Shown here piece by piece: positions 1-6,825 of a DNA stretch of 6,825 bases. This DNA is from Octopus sinensis (lineage: Eukaryota), in NCBI RefSeq assembly GCF_006345805.1, contig NW_021829213.1:1-6825 (forward strand), in the 5' to 3' direction. Numbering within the stretch: position 1 is the first letter of the stretch; every line of letters starts with the position of its first letter. Position numbers and translations under genes: made by a program. The notes beneath the pieces are model-generated. The model had not been told where the DNA came from and made no database searches. It worked only from the letters and a program-made list of their open reading frames with translations.

Positions 1-247
1 AGTCCGTCAAGCCAAGTTAAATCGTAGTTGTGGCCAGTGACAGTGACACGTAAAAAGGCCTCCCACTACACTCTTGGGAGTGGTTGGCGTTAGGGAGGGC
101 GCCCAACCGTAGAAATCAAGGCAGCCAAATCAGACTGGAGCCTGGTACAACTCAGAAATCCGTGGCTTACCAGTTCCAGTCAAACCGTCTAACCCATGCC
201 AACATGAAAAACAAATGCTAAATGATGACGACGACGACGACGACGAG
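1..247 (+). mobile_element. 3' end of an RTE-LINE-type retroposon (or a SINE carrying an RTE tail); the 5' part lies outside the window
   Basis: Contains GGTTGGCGTTAGG(G)AGGGC-CCAACCGTAGAAA and CAAACCGTCTAACCCATGCCAACATG, motifs I recall from RTE-class 3' UTRs. It ends in a trinucleotide tail, GAT(GAC)6GAG at 224-247. The family assignment is from memory, not a search. Confidence 0.7.
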
Positions 248-296
248 GAAGATATGTTTGAGAACTCTTGCATGCACTGACTTCCCTTTGGGCAAA

Positions 297-808
297 ACAG
301 TATAAAAGCTATGAAGCCTAAAGAATAAATCTACAGCGTATTGACAGCAACAATGGCAAGTAACATTGTTATATGTAAATATAAGTTATTCTCGCCGTTG
401 TGATCAAAGAACGGTATAAATGCTAGCTATTATTAAGAGCTGTAAGTCCTAATGACTGTATAAATACCAGTTGTTATTGACAACTATATAATATAGCGAC
501 GTTATAAAAACTGTTATTGTATTGTTAGCCATAGCGCTCTAATTACGATGTTATTGACAGCTTTGGCGTTTAATGACAATCTAATTACCAGCTGTTATTA
601 ACAGCTATGACGTTTAATGACAGTATAAATACCAGCTGTTATAATAGCTATGATACCTAAAACCGATATAAATACCAGCTGTCATTGACAGCAATACGAT
701 TTAATGACATGATAATAATCAGCTACCGTTGACAGTTATATGGTCTTACGCCAGTATAATGACCGGCTGTTTTTTGACGCCTATGTCAATAACGGCTGGT
801 TGTTATAA
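297..808. repeat. Degenerate minisatellite, ~44-bp unit (consensus ~GTATAAATACCAGCTGTTATTGACAGCTATGACGTTTAATGACA), ending in an inverted partial copy
   Basis: Unit starts are visible at 414, 458, 579, 623, 666, 710 and 754 (adjacent spacings of 43-44). More decayed copies occur near 297, 323, 501 and 537. The segment 781-807 is a reverse-complement partial copy. Confidence 0.9.
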
Positions 809-1061
809 AGATCCCAAGACACCGTCAGTCTTTTAATGATGCAATTGCGTTCATAATAGCAAAAAATATTCTTTGCTTTATATACTGTGGCACCTGTTCC
901 TTCTGCCAGCCAGCACGGCTGTGGATTACGAAATAGAATGTGAAAATCTTTGGCCGGGCTCAAGAGTCATAAAAGGGACTCACATTGCATCAACAATGAC
1001 TTATTTCAATGAATCTTTCTAGCAATGGCTTTGCTCGTATACAAGAAAGCAAACTAAGATT

Positions 1062-1205
1062 TATATATATATATATTTACAAACACATATACATATATAT
1101 ATGCATACATATAGAGTATATTTATATGTGTCTGTGTGTATGTGTGTGTATGTACCTACTCATATAGCCATACATTCACATATATATACACACATATATA
1201 CATAC
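1062..1205. repeat. Compound (TA)n/(CA)n/(TG)n low-complexity microsatellite
   Basis: Directly visible dinucleotide runs. Confidence 0.9.
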
Positions 1206-1209
1206 AAAC

Positions 1210-1590
1210 GTGGTAAGTTGCTTGCTTACTAACCACGTTATTCCGGGTTTAGTCCCACTGCGTGGCACCTTGGGCAAGTGTCTTGTACTATAGCCTCGGG
1301 CTGACCAAAGCTTTGTGAGTGGACTTCGTAGAGGGAAACTGAAAGAAGCACGTCGTGTATATATATGTGGGGGGGTACGTGTGTGTGTTTGTGTATCTGT
1401 GTTTGTCCCCCACCATCGCTTGACAACCGATGGTGGCGTGTCTACGTCGTCGTAACTTAGCCGTTCGGCAAAAGAGACCGATAGAATAAATACTAGGCTT
1501 ACAAAGAATAAGTCCTGGGGTCGATTTTGTTCGATTAAAGGCGGTGCTCCAGCATGGCCGCAATCAACTGACTGAAACAAATAAAAGAAT
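1210..1590 (+). mobile_element. tRNA-derived SINE with CORE-like domain (octopus OR-type like), slightly 5'-truncated, with an internal microsatellite
   Basis: B-box-like GGTTTAGTCCC at 1246-1256. CACCTTGGGCAAGTG at 1266-1280 resembles the CORE/MIR motif GACCTTGGGCAAGTT. An internal TA/GT repeat lies at ~1356-1400, and the 3' end is GAAACAAATAAAAGAAT. Its 3' half aligns in reverse complement to 4127-4284 and 5771-5912. Confidence 0.85.
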
Positions 1591-1692
1591 ATATACACAC
1601 ACACACAACACACAAATAAATAAATACACGCATACATACACTCGCACGCACACATAAAGTGTGTGTGTGCGTGCGAGTGCGAGCGTGCGCGC
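1591..1692. repeat. (CA)n / (GT,GC)n microsatellite containing a 16-bp perfect inverted repeat
   Basis: CACTCGCACGCACACA (1639-1654) is the exact reverse complement of TGTGTGCGTGCGAGTG (1664-1679). Confidence 0.85.
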
Positions 1693-2018
1693 TATAAACC
1701 ACCTAGCCAATATTTTCATGGAATGCCTCACCTGAACTTGTAAAATACATTCTTGTTTATATACAATTGCAGGTGTCATTTCTCGTCTTTACGCACTTTA
1801 TTTTTAAAGTGTTAAAAATAATCTCTCCTGTATTTCTTTTAAACTCCGTGAACGAACAAGGGACACCGCGGGTCGAAGCTTCCGCCTTACATACTAAGTG
1901 ACTATTTCTGTCTTTGATCTCCTTTCTATTTTACTTTTATACATATCCCATGGTACTTATTTAGAGGTAGATGGTCTGAGCCAGCCAGAGTTAAACGTCT
2001 TAGTTGTAAACTTTCAGC

Positions 2019-2237
2019 ATAATAATAATAGTGCTTTCTAATTTTGGCACAAGCTAGCAATTTTGAAGGCGGGGTACTAGCTATTTTAAGGAGAGGGAGA
2101 GGCCGATTTTGACCGGTACTTATTTTATCGACCTCGAAAGAATGAAAGCCAAAACTGGCCTTGGTAGTATTTGAACTCAGAACGTAAAGACAAACGAAAT
2201 ACCGCTAAACATTTTGACAAACGATTCCGCCAGCCTT
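2019..2237 (-). mobile_element. Degenerate copy of tRNA-derived SINE family 2 (copy A)
   Basis: GGTACTTATTTTATCGACCTCGAAAGAATGAAAG...TTTGAACTCAGAACGTAAAGACAAACGAAATAC aligns to 6435-6521. A (TAA)n tail lies at 2020-2030. Confidence 0.8.
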
Positions 2238-2239
2238 AA

Positions 2240-2485
2240 GTAATAAAAGTAATAAAAAATAATTACAATAATCCTTTCTACTATGAGCACAAGGCCCGAA
2301 ATTTGATGGTTTAGTCGATTACCTCGACCTCAGTGTTTCACTGGTACTTAATTCATCGACTCCGAAAGGATGAAAGGGAAAGTCGAGTCGACCTCGGCAG
2401 AATTTGAACTCAGATCGTAGAGACGGACGAAATGCTGATAAGCATTTTGCCCGGCGTGCAAACGATTCCGCCAAGTTCGCCGCCC
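2240..2485 (-). mobile_element. Near full-length tRNA-derived SINE family 2 (copy B)
   Basis: CTGGTACTTAATTCATCGACTCCGAAAGGATGAAAGG...GAATTTGAACTCAG...CCCGGCGTG...TCGCCGCC aligns to 6433-6570. The minus strand has a B-box-like GAGTTCAAATTC. A TAA-like tail lies at 2240-2272. Confidence 0.85.
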
Positions 2486-2491
2486 CAAAGA

Positions 2492-2563
2492 GAAGAAGAA
2501 GAAGAAGAAGAAGAAGAAGAAGAAGAAGAAGAAGAAGAAGAAGAGGAGGAGGAGGAGGAGGAG
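2492..2563. repeat. Compound trinucleotide repeat (GAA)17(GAG)7
   Basis: Counted directly: GAA at 2492-2542, GAG at 2543-2563. Confidence 0.97.
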
Positions 2564-2574
2564 GTAAGTCACAG

Positions 2575-2672
2575 ACAATGAAATCCGAATGAGTTTGGCA
2601 GAATTTGATCTCAGAACGAAAAGAGAAATTATTATAAAGCATTTTGTCTTTCGCTTTACCAATTCTGCCAAT
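2575..2672 (-). mobile_element. Highly degenerate 5' fragment of SINE family 2 (copy C)
   Basis: GGCAGAATTTGATCTCAGAACG...AAGCATTTTGTC...AATTCTGCCA aligns to the head region of copy B and of the 6324-6821 copies. Confidence 0.65.
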
Positions 2673-2951
2673 CCAATATCCTAATAATGACGCTCCCTCT
2701 CCCCAAGGGTGAATGAGAAATTTTCTTTCGGCAAAGGTTTTCTACTCAGAAAGTATCTATTTAATTGAATCTTCGTTTATTGATTCCCAATGCTCTGCCT
2801 TTTATTTATAAATATTATATATCTATATAATTGCGAAAAGTGAACTCGACGACTGCAACGAAATTTCACCTAAGATTTTAAAAATGTTGATTATTAAATA
2901 TCATTTTTTATAGCATAATGACAAATTCTTCAGTAGAAGAGGTAGAAACTA

Positions 2952-3159
2952 TTAAATCAACCACAGAGTATAACTGGTATACATTCGAACCAATGAAAGA
3001 GCTTCCGTGTATTGGTGTGACGTGCTGAAAATAGCAGCTAAATCTTACTCGATTCTTAAATCAACCACAGTGTATAACTGGCATGCGTCTGAGCCAACAA
3101 AAGAACATCCATATGGTCGCTTCACATGCTGAAAAACGCAGTTAAATATTCCTCGAATA
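2952..3159. repeat. Tandem duplication of a 104-bp unit, probably part of a decayed interspersed repeat extending to ~3245
   Basis: TTAAATCAACCACAG(A/T)GTATAACTGG starts at 2952 and 3056. The ungapped alignment is about three-quarters identical by hand count. Confidence 0.85.
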
Positions 3160-3420
3160 ATACCTTGCAATCTTCAATAAAGAACGTATTGTATAATACT
3201 ACATACTCTTTAAGAAATAAGATGATCACGGCTGGAAGCTCTATCCCTTATCTCTAAGAGTTTCCTTTGGGAGGCTGGAGAACAGTGGATTTTTGTATTG
3301 TATTTATTTATTCATTTATATATTGGAGGTGGGCATGATGCAAATTGTAGGGGATAAATTTTTTTTTTAATCTTTTTCTGCCTGAGAAAAATCAGAGTCT
3401 GCGGATCAGAATAGATTTGA

Positions 3421-3456
3421 GATCATACTTCGTTGATCACTTTACTTCGTTGATCA
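3421..3456. repeat. Short direct repeat TACTTCGTTGATCA x2 (17-bp period)
   Basis: Exact 14-mer at 3426-3439 and 3443-3456, preceded by a further GATCA at 3421. Confidence 0.85.
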
Positions 3457-3905
3457 GATTCAATTTTCTGTGTTGATAAATATCTTGTAATTATCTCCCT
3501 TGTTTTTGAGAGTCGTTAATAGTGCCCAGACGCTAAGCTTCTATTTTCAATTGCCAACTAAATAACGATTTTCAGTTCATTATCAATTTTTTGTGTACAT
3601 CAATTAGTACATGAGCACCGACATACTCTATATAGATTATGACAATGGCCCATTTGAGTTATTTCCCATGGCTTATATTTATGTTGGGTAGCGTTATATG
3701 TACGTATAGAAAAGCTCCGAATCAATCAGAATCGGCTCAACAGGTGCCTCACTAATAATGTATGTTGTTCTCGGAAGTTTCCTGAGAGCATGTGGTGAGA
3801 AAACTACGACTTATAACAGAGCAATTCATCAAATGTCCACTAATGAAAATAAAGTATACATGCACACAATGAGTATTCTCTCATTTATATGTAACTAGAA
3901 CTAAA

Positions 3906-4060
3906 TGTGTGTGTGTGTACATCACACCACACACACATATATATATATATATATATAGATAGATAAAGATATAACTTTAAACATGAATATATAATATATA
4001 TATTATATATATATTATATATAATATATATATATATATATAATGATAATAATAATAATAA
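3906..4060. repeat. Compound microsatellite: (TG)n, (CA)n, (TA)n, (GATA), AT-only tract, (TAA)n
   Basis: Directly visible. Confidence 0.9.
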
Positions 4061-4126
4061 CAAAGAGTAAAAATAATTAATTAAGAAGTAATCAGTAATT
4101 TCACCAAGTAGAATTCGACATGAAAT

Positions 4127-4284
4127 TGGACCGAGGTCATGCTGGATCACTACCTTGAAGGGTTTAGTCGAACAAATCGACTTCAGTACTTCTGTCAAAA
4201 CTCTAAATTACAGGGGGCGTAAACAAACCAACACAAGTTGTTTAACGGTGAGAGGGAACGAACACTAGCACAAACTCACACACA
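4127..4284 (-). mobile_element. Degenerate 3' half of the CORE-like SINE family, with an internal deletion
   Basis: GGTCATGCTGGATCAC...GTCGAACAAATCGAC...CTAAATTAC...CGTAAAC...GTTGT...GAACGAACAC is the reverse complement of ~1395-1560, lacking the ~1465-1505 segment. Confidence 0.75.
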
Positions 4285-4388
4285 TATTCATATAATATGT
4301 ATGTAATATATATGTTATATACATTAGTATAATATATATAAACATATACCTATATTCATCCATGTATAATATGTATAATATATATAGA
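4285..4388. repeat. TA-rich low-complexity tract, probably the expanded internal microsatellite of the adjacent SINE
   Basis: Directly visible. Its position matches the internal TA/GT repeat of the 1210-1590 copy. Confidence 0.75.
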
Positions 4389-4682
4389 CACAGATAAGCA
4401 GGAGCTGAACTGATGAGGGCAAAAAGAAAAGCGATCGGTTTTTCTCTTTGCTGACTTGACACATCCGGGTACTCATATTTCATAGCTAGTCTAACTTCTG
4501 TTGAAGTACAAATGTGTATCTAGTAATATCGACACGAAATCTATAACACGTAAACTGCTATGTTTGCAAAGCGGTGAAAAGGCTAAAAGAATTGCCTGTG
4601 ACGCTTATTATCACTTTTACCAATCCCAGTACCTTTAACCTTTTAAAACTTTTTCACGAAGTTATTTTACGTGGCCATCTCA

Positions 4683-4710
4683 ACACACACACACACACAC
4701 ACACACACAC
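4683..4710. repeat. (AC)14 microsatellite
   Basis: Counted directly. Confidence 0.97.
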
Positions 4711-4888
4711 ATTACACATACATATATATGGATGTGTGTGTATAGACAATAGCAAATTTAACGAAGGTAATTATTATTGATTTGACATTTAGTTGTTTTA
4801 AGTGTTCGGCTCAAAATTGTATAAAGCTCTATGATTGGAATTATCCGAATTTTAATAAAATCAGGCAATGTCTTCAAAATTCGAGTTA

Positions 4889-4945
4889 TGTGTGTGTGTG
4901 TGTGCGTGTGCCTGTGTGTGTGCGTGTGCGTGTGTGTGTGTGTGT
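4889..4945. repeat. Interrupted (TG)n/(CG) microsatellite
   Basis: Directly visible alternating purine-pyrimidine tract of ~57 bp. Confidence 0.95.
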
Positions 4946-5549
4946 AGTTTATTCGGTAGTTATCAACGGTTCTATTGTAGAAAACTTCGTCTCCTGCGTT
5001 AAAAGTTCCAGAGTGTGTAATTTCTGTATTTCGGAGAAGTGTAATATCATGTTTGAGCCTCTTGTAATTTTGAACAAGAAATATGACATGCAATTAAAGA
5101 TGATCATATAATGAAAAATATCCAGTTTTCATCAACATCAAAATTTCTTTAACAATACCCGCCATCTAAGTCTAAATGTGAAGGCACTTGAAACCTACAC
5201 ATGAAAACAATTCTTTTTGCATTGGATAGATTAGCGTATCACGCATGAGAGTTGAACAAATGAATCTGACACATTTTTTAGTAACAAATCGAAATCCTAT
5301 TTCGATATATTCGTTAAGTTTTGCACGTAAAATAATCCCACCACTGTCTAACATCAGTCGTTTCAATTACTGGAAACGTGAAACTCAAAATTATGATTCA
5401 AGAATGTTCAACGTCTGAATGAATACGCACATTCTGTTTTATGTACTGAGTAATATTTCTTCGTTTGTGAATACCAGCTTTCACCAAACTTCTTGAAACG
5501 AGAGCCCACTGGTGAATGGTATGAGGAAGCTGTGCGAGTGATCACTGAG

Positions 5550-5562
5550 GAGAGAGAGAGAG
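5550..5562. repeat. (GA)6 microsatellite
   Basis: Directly visible. Confidence 0.85.
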
Positions 5563-5770
5563 TTTCAAGTTGTTAAAGAACGTAACTGTTAATGGCTGTC
5601 TCCACTACCTTGGAGATGTTAGAAGGGAAAACAATAGCTCATATAATTAACTGGGTCGCGGGTGGGGGGGGGGAATCACTCGTCTTTGGAAGTGTGCTTC
5701 CAAATATCCGGGTATGTCTACACACGCACATGCGTGCACATATATATTCGCAATATATACGAGTACACTT

Positions 5771-5912
5771 TTATTCTTTTCCATCTTTTAGTTTTTAGAC
5801 TGCAGCCATGTTGGGACAGTGTCTTTCTTGAAGGGTGTGGTGGAATAAATTGACCCCGATACTTATTATTTAAAGCCTGGTACTTATTTTATAGGTCTCT
5901 TTTTGCCGAACC
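5771..5912 (-). mobile_element. 3' fragment of the CORE-like SINE family
   Basis: GCAGCCATGTTGG...TGACCCC..ACTTATT..AAGCCTGGTACTTATTTTATAGGTCTCTTTTTGCCGAACC is the reverse complement of ~1461-1590. Confidence 0.8.
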
Positions 5913-5992
5913 ACCCCTAGGTTCCAGACGGAGCCGCACTTCTGACAACAAAATTCAAGGTAATTTCTCGTTAGAGTTGCCATTCAGATAGT

Positions 5993-6020
5993 CCTGCGGG
6001 CTGCAGTTTGCCCATGGCCG
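5993..6020. mobile_element. Possible isolated hAT terminal remnant
   Basis: CCTGCGGGCTGCAGTTTGCCCATGGCCG resembles the GCGGGCCGCAGTTTGCCCA..CCTG ends I recall from non-autonomous hAT elements. No partner end was found. Confidence 0.35.
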
Positions 6021-6044
6021 GCCTCAGTTTCCATTGATCTATAA

Positions 6045-6287
6045 CAGTGGGTCTCAGCCATTTTTCACCTTTGAACCTCTTTGATTCTTGTCTTACTTAG
6101 GTGGACTGTCATAGCTATTCAATGTTTAAAAAAGCCAATTATATTTTTATAGTTAAAGATTATTAGGAACAATATCAAAAGTTGTGTATTGTAGAAGAAG
6201 TATAAGCAATCTATTACATATTAACTTTAACAATAAAATCTTATGTAGATCCACAAGGACAATATGGACTCCAGGTGAGAACCGCTG
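6045..6287. mobile_element. Non-autonomous hAT (Charlie/Buster-like) DNA transposon, 243-bp MITE
   Basis: Imperfect TIRs CAGTGGGTCTCA (6045) and the reverse complement of TGAGAACCGCTG (ends 6287) match at 10/12 and resemble CAGTGGTTCTCAA. The 8-bp flanks ATCTATAA (6037-6044) and ATTTATTG (6288-6295) match at 5/8, both with the central TA typical of Buster/Charlie targets. Subterminal TGGAC-like motifs lie at 6102 and 6265. Confidence 0.75.
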
Positions 6288-6337
6288 ATTTATTGTTAGT
6301 TTTGTTCCTTTTTTTTTTACCTACTAGACTGTGAATA

Positions 6338-6571
6338 TTTATTTCTTTACTACCCACAAGGGGCTAAACACAGAGGGGACAAACAAGGACAGACAAACGG
6401 ATTAAGTCGATTATATCGACCCCAGTGCGTAACTGGTACTTAATTTATCGACCCTGAAAGGATGAAAGGCAAAGTCGACCTCGGCGGAATTTGAACTCAG
6501 AACGTAACGGCGGACGAAATACGGCCACGCATTTCGCCCGGCGTGCTAACGGTTCTGCCAGCTCGCCGCCT
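6338..6571 (-). mobile_element. Full-length young tRNA-derived SINE family 2 (copy D)
   Basis: The minus strand begins AGGCGGCGAGCTGGCAGAACCG. An A-box-like motif lies at 6550-6560 and a B-box-like GAGTTCAAATTCC at 6486-6498. The body carries GTCGACTTTGCCTTTCATCCTTTC and the tail ends GTAGTAAAGAAATA. Confidence 0.9.
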
Positions 6572-6586
6572 TCTAGGTTGTGAATA

Positions 6587-6820
6587 TCTATTTCTTTACT
6601 ACCCACAAGGGGCTAAACACAGAGGGGACAAGCAAGGACATACAAGCGGTTTAAGTTGATTACATCGACCCCAGTGCATAACTGGTACTTAATTTATCGA
6701 CCCCGAAAGGATGAAAGGCAAAGTCGACCTCGGCGGAATTTGAACTCAGAACGTAACGGCAGACGAAATACGGCCACGCATTTCGCCCGGCGTGCTAACG
6801 TTTCTGCCAGCTCGCCGCCT
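6587..6820 (-). mobile_element. Full-length young tRNA-derived SINE family 2 (copy E), tandem to copy D
   Basis: Ungapped match to copy D at a 249-bp offset, with 13 differences in 249 bp by hand count. A-box-like motif at 6799-6809, B-box-like motif at 6735-6747. Confidence 0.9.
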
Positions 6821-6825
6821 TTTAG

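Noticed and set aside
414-780. Regularly spaced palindromic repeats resembling a CRISPR array
   Set aside because: The whole unit is repeated, with no unique spacers. The copies are degenerate, there are no cas genes and the context is eukaryotic.
781-963. 60-aa minus-strand ORF
   Set aside because: It has a non-ATG start, partly overlaps the repeat array and has no recognisable similarity.
1176-1655. Minus-strand ORFs of 159, 62 and 91 aa
   Set aside because: They are antisense read-throughs of the SINE and flanking microsatellites (CV/YI/HT dipeptide runs), with no recognisable domain.
1866-1888. GGGTCGAAGC B-box-like motif in a GC-richer patch
   Set aside because: There is no A-box at a suitable distance and no similarity to the SINE heads in the window.
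2319-2671. ORFs with poly-L/P, poly-F/L and poly-R/G tracts on both strands
   Set aside because: They are translations of (GAA)17(GAG)7 plus SINE sequence, and most use non-ATG starts.
2918-3028. 36-aa ORF MTNSSVEEVETIKSTTEYNWYTFEPMKELPCIGVTC after an acceptor-like TTTTTTATAG
   Set aside because: It is very short and mostly within the decayed 104-bp repeat unit, and the frame is not preserved in the second unit.
3480-3840. Unique-looking region examined for a coding exon or decayed transposase
   Set aside because: The frames I translated on both strands had frequent stops and no recognisable motif.
3977-4483. 73-aa and 72-aa minus-strand ORFs rich in I/Y/L/M
   Set aside because: They arise from TA/TAA microsatellites and a SINE fragment.
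4574-5111. 68-, 111- and 109-aa ORFs with HT or CV repeats
   Set aside because: They are kept open by (CA)n/(TG)n tracts, overlap on opposite strands and show no protein-family signature.
5172-5853. 64-, 68- and 63-aa ORFs
   Set aside because: They are short with no motif I recognise. I translated other frames at ~5260-5520 and found no transposase or RT signature. A BLASTX would be needed to exclude a decayed coding remnant.
6486-6571. tRNA-like A/B boxes (also at 6735-6820, ~2400-2485 and 1210-1256)
   Set aside because: These are SINE heads. I cannot build a complete cloverleaf or anticodon arm, and they continue into SINE bodies.

Overview
AT-rich, repeat-dense eukaryotic non-coding DNA (intronic or intergenic). 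The retroposon motifs match what I recall of octopus SINE families, so a coleoid cephalopod origin is an inference from memory, not a database result. I find no supportable protein-coding gene: most listed ORFs are read-throughs of microsatellites or SINEs, and the rest are short and unrecognisable. The window holds an RTE-type retroposon 3' tail (1-247) and a degenerate 44-bp minisatellite with palindromic units that ends in a long hairpin (~297-808). It has three copies of a tRNA/CORE-like SINE (one on +, two on -) and five minus-strand copies of a second tRNA-derived SINE, including a ~95%-identical 249-bp tandem pair at the right edge. There is also a 104-bp tandem duplication, a 243-bp non-autonomous hAT element and many microsatellites. 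The most interesting items are the 44-bp array with its G:U-rich terminal hairpin, the tandem SINE pair sharing a TSD-like linker, and a stem-loop module shared by both SINE families. I see no clear evidence of a novel gene system.
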